NCBI GenBank assembly: GCA_965221955.1
Contig: CBDCTA010000002.1
Location: forward strand, 156,929-220,928
DNA: 64,000 bases
Source of the DNA: Gammaproteobacteria bacterium
GTDB lineage: Bacteria > Pseudomonadota > Gammaproteobacteria > UBA4575
Reading direction: 5' to 3'
The notes beneath the pieces are model-generated. The model saw only the letters and a program-made list of their open reading frames with translations. It was not told the origin of the DNA and did no database searches. Positions 28,971 through 38,471 of the stretch are shown in pieces. How positions within the stretch are numbered: the stretch's first letter is position 1; each line of letters opens with the position of its first letter. The position numbers and the translations under genes were made by a program.

Positions 28971-31865
28971 ATGTCGATCAAAACAAGTTCAAAATTGAGT
29001 GAAATAAATAAGCTTACTAATGAAACTCTTTCCGATGGTGGAAATTCTACAGCTGTAGAATTGATGTGTCGTTTTGACGGAAGAATTATCGAAGCAAATC
29101 AAGTGGCACGTGATTTAGCTAAAACGTTAAAAGCATCTAAAATAAATCACCTTCTTCCCGACGATCATTTCGAGTTAGTGAATAGAGCATTACATAGTGG
29201 TGATGTAATAGTTTCTGCAAATCAAATTAGTGGAATAAACTTTGAATGGAAATATTTTCTTGATCAAAGAAGCAAAGTAATTCGTATTGAGAGTGTTAGA
29301 TACGAAAAAATGTCGGAAACTGACAGCAGTGCTAGTACTGCATTAGGCGAAAGCTGGTCAAACATTATCGATTCAATTCCAGTTGCAGTTTGTGTTACCG
29401 AAAATAATAGCGATGAGGTTAAATATATTAATCAACTCGCACGTCGTATATTTAATATCATTCCAGGTAATGAAAGACGAGTGTGTATTCGTTTGCGTAA
29501 TTTTTTTTCTGATGCGAATGCCATTAAAAAAATTAATAAATTGCTCGTAGAACAAGGTTTTGTTAGAGATCTTAAAGTTTCTACTCTGGGAAAAAATAGT
29601 AGTCGCTGGGAAAAAGATGAAAAATGGTTGCAAGTAAATATTAAATTAATTCGTAAAGCAGAAGGGTCATTCTTAATATGGACTTTTACAGATCATACTT
29701 GGGGTACGAAAACTGAAGCAGCCTTACTTGAGAGTGAGAATAAATTCCAAAATGTCATTCAAGGTGCCCAGGAAGGGATTTGGGAATGGCAAGCTGGCTT
29801 AGAAGGGTCTGAGTGGTGGTCTCAGCCAATGTATGAATTGCTCGGATTAAAGGTAGATGAATGTGAAATAGGATTATCTCAGTTGCAAAAACTCATTCAT
29901 CCTGATGAACGTGAACTTTTTTCCAATGTTTGGGCAGAATTAATCAACGATAAAGGAAAGCAATTTCTTGTTGAGGCACGCATTGCTGTAAAAGAAAAAG
30001 GTTACAGGTGGTTTGTAATTCGTGGCACTGCTGATTATGACTATACAGGTAATGCCAAAAAAGTAGTTGGTTCGATTAGTGATATTCATTTGCAAAAGCA
30101 AACTCAAGTGCAGCTAGCAGAAGAAAAAGACAAAGTAGTCGCTACATTGCGTTCTATTGTAGATGCGGTGATTACAACCAATGAGCGTGGCGAAGTCCAA
30201 TATATTAATCAGGCGGCGGTCCGATTTTTAAATTGTTCTGAAGGTCAGGCGCGTGGAAAGCATATTGAAAAGGTAATCGATCTTTATGAAGAAGAATCTG
30301 ATCAGAAAATTGAAAACCCTATACTCTCTTGTTTGTCTGGCAGCCAAAAGAAAAATCAAAAATTAAATGCAGATATTGTTACTAAGACAGGTGCCAAGTA
30401 TACAGTACAGTTAATGGTAACACCGTTAATTTCGCAAAATGGCAAACTTTATGGTGCGGTGACAGTGATGAATGATGTTACTAACTTACGTTTATTGGCT
30501 CGACGTCTGCGCTATCAGGCTAGCCATGACTCATTAACTAGTTTGATTAATCGCTCTGAGTTTGAGCGTAATGTTCGAAAAGCAATTCTTAATGCCAAAA
30601 CTAAACATAAGAAAAGCTCACTCATTTACCTAGACCTTGATCGTTTCAAGATGGTAAATGATCTATATGGGCATGCTGCGGGTGACGAGCTGCTTATTCA
30701 ATTTAGTAACTTAGTTAAAAGTAAATTACGAGGAAGTGATATTCTAGCGCGTTTAGGTGGCGATGAATTTGCGTTATTACTTTCTGACTGTTCATTAGAC
30801 CAGGCAGAAGAAAAAGCGCACGAGATATTAAAATCAATCCAAGAGTATAAGTTCATTTGGGAACAAAAAAGCTTTAATGTGGAAGCCAGTATTGGTGTAG
30901 CTGAAGTCAATAAAAAATGTTTTGATCTCTCTTATGCTTTATCGGCGGTGGATGGTGCTTGTTATTTAGCAAAAGAATCCGGTAGGAATTGCGTTCGTGT
31001 ATTCAGGGAAGGTGATGAAAACATTAATCGCCGCCGCGGTCAGGAGCGTTGGCTACAGCGTTTCGATAAAGCATTAAACGAAGGGCGTTTAGTAGTGACA
31101 GCCCAGTCAATTATTAACATTAAGGCGAATAAAGATATACAAATTGATAAGAACGGCTTCGAAATTTTGATTCGAATGCAGGATGATAACGGACGACTTG
31201 TGCCACCCAATGCATTCTTGCCGGCAGTAGAGCGCTATAATCGTGCTCCAAAGCTTGATAGATGGATTCTAGATAAAGTTTTATTGTTACTAGCTGATAA
31301 TCGACAAGTATTATCGCAAATTGATAAATGCTCAATTAACCTTTCTGGACAGTCTTTAGTATCGGAAGGTTTTTTGCATTTTATTATGGCGAAGCTCAAA
31401 GAATACAAGATAGATCCAAGTAAAATTTGTTTTGAAATTACTGAGACAGCAGCAATTGCTAACTTAGATCAGGCCACTTCTTTTGTGCAAAGTCTTAAAG
31501 ATTTGGGTTGCTATTTTGCGCTAGATGATTTTGGTGCTGGATTATCTTCATTTGCATACTTGAAAACGTTACCTGTCGATTTTTTAAAGATAGACGGTAT
31601 GTTCGTCAAAGATATCCATAATGACGATGTGAGTCGAGCTATGGTGAAAGCGATTAATGATATGGGTCATGTGTTGGGTAAACAAACCATAGCTGAGTAT
31701 GTTGAGAATGAGGAAATACTCGATATATTGAAAGAAATCGGTGTGGATTTTGCACAAGGTTTTCATGCTGGTAGACCTGAACCTATTCTAGATTTTTTTG
31801 AGTCATCACAATTTAAAGTTGTAAGACCTAAAGTTCGCAAGTTATTTGCGGTCGGAGGGCATTAA
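28971..31865 (+). CDS. PAS-GGDEF-EAL diguanylate cyclase/phosphodiesterase
   Basis: Several PAS/PAC domains, RGSD I-site, LGGDEF, EILIR, FEITE and DDFGAG. Confidence 0.95.
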   Translation: MSIKTSSKLSEINKLTNETLSDGGNSTAVELMCRFDGRIIEANQVARDLAKTLKASKINHLLPDDHFELVNRALHSGDVIVSANQISGINFEWKYFLDQRSKVIRIESVRYEKMSETDSSASTALGESWSNIIDSIPVAVCVTENNSDEVKYINQLARRIFNIIPGNERRVCIRLRNFFSDANAIKKINKLLVEQGFVRDLKVSTLGKNSSRWEKDEKWLQVNIKLIRKAEGSFLIWTFTDHTWGTKTEAALLESENKFQNVIQGAQEGIWEWQAGLEGSEWWSQPMYELLGLKVDECEIGLSQLQKLIHPDERELFSNVWAELINDKGKQFLVEARIAVKEKGYRWFVIRGTADYDYTGNAKKVVGSISDIHLQKQTQVQLAEEKDKVVATLRSIVDAVITTNERGEVQYINQAAVRFLNCSEGQARGKHIEKVIDLYEEESDQKIENPILSCLSGSQKKNQKLNADIVTKTGAKYTVQLMVTPLISQNGKLYGAVTVMNDVTNLRLLARRLRYQASHDSLTSLINRSEFERNVRKAILNAKTKHKKSSLIYLDLDRFKMVNDLYGHAAGDELLIQFSNLVKSKLRGSDILARLGGDEFALLLSDCSLDQAEEKAHEILKSIQEYKFIWEQKSFNVEASIGVAEVNKKCFDLSYALSAVDGACYLAKESGRNCVRVFREGDENINRRRGQERWLQRFDKALNEGRLVVTAQSIINIKANKDIQIDKNGFEILIRMQDDNGRLVPPNAFLPAVERYNRAPKLDRWILDKVLLLLADNRQVLSQIDKCSINLSGQSLVSEGFLHFIMAKLKEYKIDPSKICFEITETAAIANLDQATSFVQSLKDLGCYFALDDFGAGLSSFAYLKTLPVDFLKIDGMFVKDIHNDDVSRAMVKAINDMGHVLGKQTIAEYVENEEILDILKEIGVDFAQGFHAGRPEPILDFFESSQFKVVRPKVRKLFAVGGH

Positions 31866-31889
31866 TTTAAAAGATTTATTCCTGAGACT

Positions 31890-32453
31890 CTAACCCAAGG
31901 TTTCAAGTGACATAATCGTTGAATAAGATTCTGCAGTGTGAAATCTAGCTACTGATGAATAATGTTCAGTCGCACCTAGTAATTGCACTTCAAGAACGTA
32001 TTTTTTTTCTTCATCACTACAGACATACTCTCTAAGTGTTTGCGCAGTGATATCGGCTTGGTCTTTGCAGACTAATGGATAAAATTTTGTTGCAAATAAA
32101 TATTGTTGTTCAGAATTGCGTATAGTGTCTTGTCTTAATCGGTATTCACCAGTAGTTTTTGTATCCGCTTTATTGCTTACACGTTGTACTAAGATGTCAA
32201 CTGAGCCAACGTCGAGTTGCATCATCATTGCGCTATTTCGATCGAGTTGCGCATCCATATAAGCCATTTTTTTAATAAATGTTTCAGCAGACTCTTTTAC
32301 ATGCGATTTGCGAAGTTGACGATCAATCTGTTCATCACCAAGTTGTTCACGATATTGAATGCGGATGCCAGAACGGTCAATAAAAATTCCCATGATATCG
32401 ATCGGATATTCTCCTTCAAGATAATCGCGAAATTTTTCAGTATCTAAAGCCAT
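31890..32453 (-). CDS. Hypothetical protein
   Basis: 187-aa ORF, no recognised motif. Confidence 0.7.
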   Translation of the reverse strand: MALDTEKFRDYLEGEYPIDIMGIFIDRSGIRIQYREQLGDEQIDRQLRKSHVKESAETFIKKMAYMDAQLDRNSAMMMQLDVGSVDILVQRVSNKADTKTTGEYRLRQDTIRNSEQQYLFATKFYPLVCKDQADITAQTLREYVCSDEEKKYVLEVQLLGATEHYSSVARFHTAESYSTIMSLETLG

Positions 32454-32558
32454 TGTTGTCCATGAATAGTTAAACTTTTAAGCCAGAAACCGTTGGGCCT
32501 GAAAAGCTATTTTCAGGGATTTTTAAGGTGCTTTTGCGCTCTAGGTGACTAAGCGTTA

Positions 32559-32744
32559 TTAATTACAGGTTGAAATTCCAAATGGAAGATAGGCAGGACA
32601 CCAGCCAGTAATGCCTGTAAATACTGGAATGATTCCAATTAAGCCAAACCACCATACGCCTCCAAAGGCAAGCGCGAGACCAATTAGCAGCAAGCCAACA
32701 ATGATTCTTAGCATGCGATCAGTTTCACCAACGTTTTCATTCAT
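32559..32744 (-). CDS. DUF2892 (YgaP-like) membrane protein
   Basis: NVGETDRMLRIIVG...TG..GWCPAY.PFGISTC; AAGGAG RBS. Confidence 0.9.
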   Translation of the reverse strand: MNENVGETDRMLRIIVGLLLIGLALAFGGVWWFGLIGIIPVFTGITGWCPAYLPFGISTCN

Positions 32745-33071
32745 TTTATAACTCCTTCTTTGTATATGTCGGGCTTTTAAAAGCCTCTAGTTTTTTTCAC
32801 TTTATATCTAATCAACACACATTTTTGAAGTATAGCAGCCTATGAAACACGGCCTATATTTGTCTTAGGCCTACATTTTGCAAAGAATAAAACTATCAAA
32901 CTACCATTTATCTTTTTTTTGTGACCACTGATTATGTATACCATTAGTTTGGCTAATAATTGTTGGATATCAGCAGCAAGCATAATGTGGAAATTGTGAT
33001 TAAGCTCTGTGAATATTTTTGTTACTTTGAGCAGAATATGTTCTACACATTTAGGAGTGAGTGAGAGCGTA

Positions 33072-33278
33072 ATGTCTTTTTTAGATAAATTTAAAAAATC
33101 GGAAAATGTCGTTGAGTCAACTAAAGATCATCAAGTAGCTGATGGTGAAGTGGATCATTTGTGGATGAAAGAGGACCTCGATGCAAAAAAACCAAAACTA
33201 GAGCATAACCCAAAAATTGACACTGGAATTTTACGTAATCAAATTGCCGAAAAAATCGCAAAAATGAATAATAACTAA
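33072..33278 (+). CDS. Small hypothetical protein
   Basis: MSFLDKFKK start; 68 aa, charged. Confidence 0.6.
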   Translation: MSFLDKFKKSENVVESTKDHQVADGEVDHLWMKEDLDAKKPKLEHNPKIDTGILRNQIAEKIAKMNNN

Positions 33279-33458
33279 GATATCTCTCGGTTTCTTAAAA
33301 CGCTATAAAAAATTTCTTAGCAATCATTTCCAATCATTATTAATCTCTATGATACGACCTGTACATAGGCCGTACATAGTTTAGTTACCTAATAACATTT
33401 GTTTCGTGCTTTTTGCCTTTGTGGCAAGATTGGAATAAATTCCAATCTAAGCTTTTCT

Positions 33459-34289
33459 ATGCATTATCTGTATTCACTGTTGTTCATTATATTGATCTAT
33501 GCTGCTAGTTGTGTGGCACTTGCAGAAGTGTCATATAAACTGACTGGTGATTTTGTCCAAGGTGGTTTGGTATATGGGCAGACAGAACCAGGTTCAATAG
33601 TAAAAATTAATAATCACGAAGTGCGTGTTTCAAAAAATGGTGAATTTATTATTGGATTCGGTCGAGACTACCCAAAGAACTCAATGTTATCGATTCACTC
33701 AAAAGATGGTTCAATCACTCAGCATGAGTTACAAGTTGCTCAACGAGAATATGAAATTCAGCATATTAATGGCTTGCCTAATGCTCAAGTGAATCCTGAT
33801 AAAGAAACACTGGTACGAATTAAACAAGAACAAGAAAGTATCCGAAAAGCACGCAACTTAGATGAAGATCGACTAGATTTTAATAGCGGCTTTATTTGGC
33901 CCGCTCAGGGACCCATTACAGGTGTTTTTGGTAGTCAGCGGATACTCAATGGTGAGCCTAGGCAGCCTCATTATGGAATTGATGTTGCCGCACCAGTAGG
34001 AACGCCGGTAGTGGCACCCGCAGCAGGTGTGGTGACTTATGTTGCCGATATGTATTTTTCAGGGGGTACTTTAGTGTTGGACCATGGTCACCGATTATCT
34101 TCATCCTTTTTGCACCTAGAAAAAATTTTGGTTGAGGTGGGTGATCGTGTTAAGCAAGGAGATAAAATTGCATTGGTAGGTGCAACCGGTAGAGTAACAG
34201 GTGCGCATTTGGATTGGCGCATGAATTGGCATCAACAACGTATTGACCCTGGTCTACTGATGGGGAATGATGAGAAAAGCAATAAGTAA
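33459..34289 (+). CDS. M23-family metallopeptidase
   Basis: HYGID, LDHG..LSSSFLHL and ATGRVTGAHLDW motifs. Confidence 0.93.
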   Translation: MHYLYSLLFIILIYAASCVALAEVSYKLTGDFVQGGLVYGQTEPGSIVKINNHEVRVSKNGEFIIGFGRDYPKNSMLSIHSKDGSITQHELQVAQREYEIQHINGLPNAQVNPDKETLVRIKQEQESIRKARNLDEDRLDFNSGFIWPAQGPITGVFGSQRILNGEPRQPHYGIDVAAPVGTPVVAPAAGVVTYVADMYFSGGTLVLDHGHRLSSSFLHLEKILVEVGDRVKQGDKIALVGATGRVTGAHLDWRMNWHQQRIDPGLLMGNDEKSNK

Positions 34290-34372
34290 GATATATCAGT
34301 AAGATAAGAGCAGATTCTAATCTAATATTTCAACTGAAAATAATAACGTATACCTAATAAATGTAAGGATAG

Positions 34373-34924
34373 ATGAGTAACTCCGGTCTAAATAGTGATG
34401 CTAGAACCTCGCAATTTGAAGCGATGGTAAATGCCTATTCGACAGATTTGTATCGATATGGCCTATGGCTGACAAAGGATGCCCAAGTGGCCGAGGACTT
34501 GGTTCAAGAGACCTTTTTGAGGGCCTGGAAAGCGATGGATTCGCTTAAAGATCCAAATGCAATGAAAAGCTGGCTGTTTACCATTTATCGTCGCGAGAAT
34601 GCGAGGCGTTTTGAAAAGGTAAGACCTGAAACTACGCCAATTGACGATGTAAATGTCGATCAATTTGCTCAAGTGGATGACACCTTCGCTAAAACGGAAG
34701 TGATTGCCTTGCGTAAGAGTTTGAAGGATTTGCCGGAGGAATATTTAGAACCACTTTTGCTGCAAGTTTTGGGTGGTTATAGCTGTGATGAAATAGGAGA
34801 AATTGTTGGCATTAAATCGGGCGCGGTGATGACAAGATTATTTCGTGCACGTAAAAAATTACGTGCAATCCTGGAAGATGATGGATTGGAAATAGACGAG
34901 CCGAGTAATGTTACCGAGATTTAA
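34373..34924 (+). CDS. ECF sigma-70 factor
   Basis: AEDLVQETFLRAW, WLFTI.RRENARRF and region 4 HTH. Confidence 0.95.
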   Translation: MSNSGLNSDARTSQFEAMVNAYSTDLYRYGLWLTKDAQVAEDLVQETFLRAWKAMDSLKDPNAMKSWLFTIYRRENARRFEKVRPETTPIDDVNVDQFAQVDDTFAKTEVIALRKSLKDLPEEYLEPLLLQVLGGYSCDEIGEIVGIKSGAVMTRLFRARKKLRAILEDDGLEIDEPSNVTEI

Positions 34925-34939
34925 CACTTAAGAGTAATT

Positions 34940-35677
34940 ATGGAAACACTTTGTTTAGATACACGTCGTGCACTTACAATCGATCCAGATTGTAGAGAAG
35001 AGCAGGTATTACAGCACCTCTCTTCTTGTGAGTCTTGTGCAGATTTTTTGCAAGGTATTAAACAGTTCGATCATAAACTTAAGTCAGCAGTTAATATCGA
35101 GGTGCCCGAAGGCTTAGCATCACGAATCATTCTTGCTCAACGCATGAGTGATCAGCCAGAGAATAACGTAACGCCAATAAGAAAAGTACATAAGAGGAGT
35201 GATTTTAAATGGATGTCACTAGCAGCAGCCATTGTGCTTGCGGTTGGGCTGTCATTGGGAATGTTTAAGTGGGGACAATCGTATGGTGTACAAAATGAAG
35301 TATTGGCACATATCGATAGTCATCTATATGAATTAGAAGAAGACCATAATGTAAAACTTGCTTCCTTAAACGAGTTATTACAGGAACATGGATTACTGGC
35401 AAATGAAGAAATTGGTTATGTCCGGCATGTATCGAATTGTCCAATCAAAGATAAAATGGTTCCTCATTTGGTATTAGGGGATGATCAAGGTAAACCGGTT
35501 ACGATTATGTATATACCATGGAAAAATTCTTCTAAGCGTGTTGCATTTAAGAACGAAAGATTCAATGGTGTTTTAGTAGGCGCGAAGAAAGGTAGTTTTG
35601 TGATTGTTTCAGAAGACCCTGCTTCATTGAAGCCAATTGAGAATCGCGTTATGAAATCTGTAGAAGTTGAAATCTAA
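34940..35677 (+). CDS. Putative anti-sigma factor (DUF3379-like)
   Basis: HLSSCESC zinc motif, single TM, directly after the ECF sigma. Confidence 0.85.
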   Translation: METLCLDTRRALTIDPDCREEQVLQHLSSCESCADFLQGIKQFDHKLKSAVNIEVPEGLASRIILAQRMSDQPENNVTPIRKVHKRSDFKWMSLAAAIVLAVGLSLGMFKWGQSYGVQNEVLAHIDSHLYELEEDHNVKLASLNELLQEHGLLANEEIGYVRHVSNCPIKDKMVPHLVLGDDQGKPVTIMYIPWKNSSKRVAFKNERFNGVLVGAKKGSFVIVSEDPASLKPIENRVMKSVEVEI

Positions 35678-35734
35678 GCATATGGATATGCGAATAAGAG
35701 TTGCAACATGGATGTTGCTTCATATTAGAGTTAG
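35677..35734 (+). repeat. GGA-loop double-hairpin repeat, left arm of an inverted pair
   Basis: 52/58 identical to the reverse complement of 36212-36269. Confidence 0.9.
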
Positions 35735-35755
35735 CAGATCTTAATTAAGTCCGCA

Positions 35756-36097
35756 TTATTTCAATTTTTTGTTAATCCTGACCAGCAAGAACCCAAATAC
35801 AGCAATCATAAAAAATGAAAACACTAAGAGTGTTTCCCTATCATCAAGCTTAAATGAACCACCTATTGTTGCCGCCAACAACGTCAATATAACTGCACAT
35901 ACAGAGATGACAGCAAGTAGCAAGGCAGCAACGCTACCTAACCCACGTAATGCTGGAAGAAACTGACTGACAGCCACGAAAATACCAGTAGCTATAATTA
36001 TCCAGAACCACATACCTACGCCCAGGATATTGCCAGACGTAACAGATGTGGCAAAGCAAGAAATTGCAAAAAAGATTGCTACAACCTTATTCATCAT
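35756..36097 (-). CDS. Hypothetical membrane protein (cassette-like cargo)
   Basis: 113-aa highly hydrophobic ORF with AAGGA RBS, lying between the inverted repeats. Confidence 0.75.
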   Translation of the reverse strand: MMNKVVAIFFAISCFATSVTSGNILGVGMWFWIIIATGIFVAVSQFLPALRGLGSVAALLLAVISVCAVILTLLAATIGGSFKLDDRETLLVFSFFMIAVFGFLLVRINKKLK

Positions 36098-36133
36098 ATT
36101 TATCCTTCGGGTAGATAAATTACAAGAATTGAT

Positions 36134-36163
36134 AATGTCCGCTTTGGGTCGTAAGCGGACATT
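36134..36163. repeat. 30-bp palindromic site
   Basis: AATGTCCGCTT-TGGGTCGT-AAGCGGACATT; second copy at 63297-63326. Confidence 0.85.
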
Positions 36164-36211
36164 TTAAAGATTTGATCTGAATTTCCCAACCAGCACTTCA
36201 TTTAAATTCAC

Positions 36212-36269
36212 CTAACTTTAATCTGATGCAACATCCTTGTTGCAACTCTTATTCACATATCCCTATGCT
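36212..36269 (-). repeat. GGA-loop double-hairpin repeat, right arm, overlapping the sat stop codon
   Basis: Reverse complement AGCATAGGGATATGTGAATAAGAGTTGCAACAAGGATGTTGCATCAGATTAAAGTTAG. Confidence 0.9.
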
Positions 36270-37449
36270 CACTCTGATAGTATTCCATTAAAATCTTCGC
36301 CACTTCAGGTCTTGCAAATTCTTTTGGTAAGTCTTCACCAGCGGCAAGCATCGCGCGAACTTTAGTTCCTGAAAGCAATACAAAATCTTCTTTTTCATGA
36401 TCAGGTGCATCACGCATCATGACTACTTTGTTTAGTTTCTTTGAATAAGCGGTATGGTCAGCGCGGAAGATTTCAATTTCTAATGCGCCAGCAGGAACTT
36501 CATCATCAAAAATTGTTTGTGCATCAAATGCACCGTAGTAATCACCCACACCTGCATGATCACGTCCAATAATGAAGTGTGTGCAGCCGCAGTTCTGTCT
36601 GAACACTGCATGTAAAACGCCTTCACGTGGGCCTGCATAAAGCATGTCAAAACCGTAACCGGTAACCATGACACTATTTGGTGGGAAGTAAACTTCTACC
36701 ATTTTGCGAATCGCAGCATCACGTATCGGAGCAGGGATGTCACCTTTCTTTAATTTTCCTAGCAACATATGAATGAGTACTCCATCCGCATTAACTGCTT
36801 CTTTAGCCATTTTGCATAATTCTTCATGTGCACGATGCATAGGGTTACGAGTTTGAAAACCTACAACAGTATTCCAACCGCGTTCCACAATTTCATCACG
36901 AATTTCAACTGCGGTTTTGAATGTGCCTTTAAATTCTTCGCTGAAGTAACTGTAGTTTAAAACTTGAATTGGACCAGAAAGTACATATTTGCCTAAAGAC
37001 ATAAAAGTAGCAGCACCGATATGCTCTGGGTCGGTAGTGCGATACACTTTTTCAGTAATATTTGTGATTTGTTCGCCGCTTAATTCTTCAATGGATTCGA
37101 TATCTTGAATCGCTAGTACAGGGTTTCCTTCAACGTTAGGGTCGCGTAAAGCAATTCTTTTTGCATCACCTATTGCGCTGACATCTTGAACTAAGTTAAG
37201 AACAGGTGTAGGCCAGAATAGTCCAGCACTGGTTTGCATTTTATCTGCAACAGAAATTGCATCGGCTGCTGTCATAAAGCCTTTTAGTGGAGTGAAATAG
37301 CCTGCACCTAACATCACAGCATTTGATGCGGCTGCAGAATTTACGACTATGGATGGTAAGCCTTCCGCTTCTTTTTCTAATTGTTTGCGTGTAGCTTCAT
37401 CGGCTACATATAAAGGCGTTAGTGTGTCCGATCCATGCGGCTTGATCAT
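36253..37449 (-). CDS. sat: Sulfate adenylyltransferase (Sat type)
   Basis: MIKPHG, FQTRNPMHRAHEEL, GRDHAGVGDYY and SGTKVR motifs. Confidence 0.97.
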   Translation of the reverse strand: MIKPHGSDTLTPLYVADEATRKQLEKEAEGLPSIVVNSAAASNAVMLGAGYFTPLKGFMTAADAISVADKMQTSAGLFWPTPVLNLVQDVSAIGDAKRIALRDPNVEGNPVLAIQDIESIEELSGEQITNITEKVYRTTDPEHIGAATFMSLGKYVLSGPIQVLNYSYFSEEFKGTFKTAVEIRDEIVERGWNTVVGFQTRNPMHRAHEELCKMAKEAVNADGVLIHMLLGKLKKGDIPAPIRDAAIRKMVEVYFPPNSVMVTGYGFDMLYAGPREGVLHAVFRQNCGCTHFIIGRDHAGVGDYYGAFDAQTIFDDEVPAGALEIEIFRADHTAYSKKLNKVVMMRDAPDHEKEDFVLLSGTKVRAMLAAGEDLPKEFARPEVAKILMEYYQSEHRDM

Positions 37450-37760
37450 TGTTTTCTCCCAAATGATTATCTAAAAAGTTATTGAATAGATTGGTTATGC
37501 TTGAAAAGCACAACGTAACTACTTATTAGCAAATTACAGTATGAAATCTTGATGCTAGCCAGTCGAATTTCTTAATAGTCCTATTAGTTGGCTTGTTTGT
37601 GAAATTGTGGGCCTGAATCATCTATGCAAATTAGTTGAAAAATACAACTATACCGCGACTTGATCATTAAATATGCATCATTTTTACAATTCGTAGCGTA
37701 AATAGTCTGAGCTATTGCACAATTTCCTTAAGTTAATTATGCAAATATAAATCTTCAATT

Positions 37761-38018
37761 ATGAATGGACAAAGTGATATGGAAGACTACTTTGATTCTG
37801 CGATTCATGAGGTTGTGGAGGCATTTGAAGAAATTCCAACGACTGAAGATGCTCGTACAGGTATTGAGCGTAGACATGTTCAAGCCGAAGGATTTCCTCT
37901 GACAGATCATGACGGAAATGTTGTAAATGAAGAACGCCGTTTTAAGGAAGATCGTCGCAATACCGTAATCGATATCGATGATATTTCAGAATACGTTCAA
38001 GAAGAAAAAATAAGCTGA
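37761..38018 (+). CDS. Small hypothetical protein, ERR-FPL-D-G-ERR motif family
   Basis: ERRHVQAEGFPLTDHDGNVVNEERRFKEDRR; shares motif with 14655-14879. Confidence 0.75.
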   Translation: MNGQSDMEDYFDSAIHEVVEAFEEIPTTEDARTGIERRHVQAEGFPLTDHDGNVVNEERRFKEDRRNTVIDIDDISEYVQEEKIS

Positions 38019-38471
38019 CATAACGCTTTTATTCGCAGTTAACTTTCTTAAGTCTGCTATTAATTCAGCAGTTTTAATGCCTGTTATTGCGCAGTGCCCA
38101 CCTTCATTAAATAAATCACTTGTAATAGCTACAGCTCTGATGGCACGGTTGTTTTCATCTATAATGAATACTCTGTGGCTTTTGATAATGCCTTTTTAGG
38201 TGCCAACCCGAACCGAGTACGATTTAAGGTAAGTAGCATTAAATTACGTTTTCCCTCTAGCGTGTGTGGCTTGAATAATGGTGTTGCCTTGCTCAAGAGT
38301 GATTTCAGGTGAATTTTTTACCTTACGTTCCTAATAGGTGTAATGCTCAGTTGAATATTAATGTTAGGCATTTGTGCTTCATCTTAGTAAAATGCCTACC
38401 TATAAGAAAACTATAAAAAGAAATAAATAGTTAATCACTACTCATAATATTCATGCGATGATGTTTACCCC

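Noticed and set aside
28247-28971. ncRNA or CIRCE element in the long intergenic region
   Set aside because: AT-rich with no convincing structure; only one TTAGCACTC half-site is present.
38020-38370. Degraded gene remnant on the minus strand (DENNRAIRAVA, faintly trypsin-like)
   Set aside because: Multiple stops and frame changes, and the similarity is too weak to support without a search.
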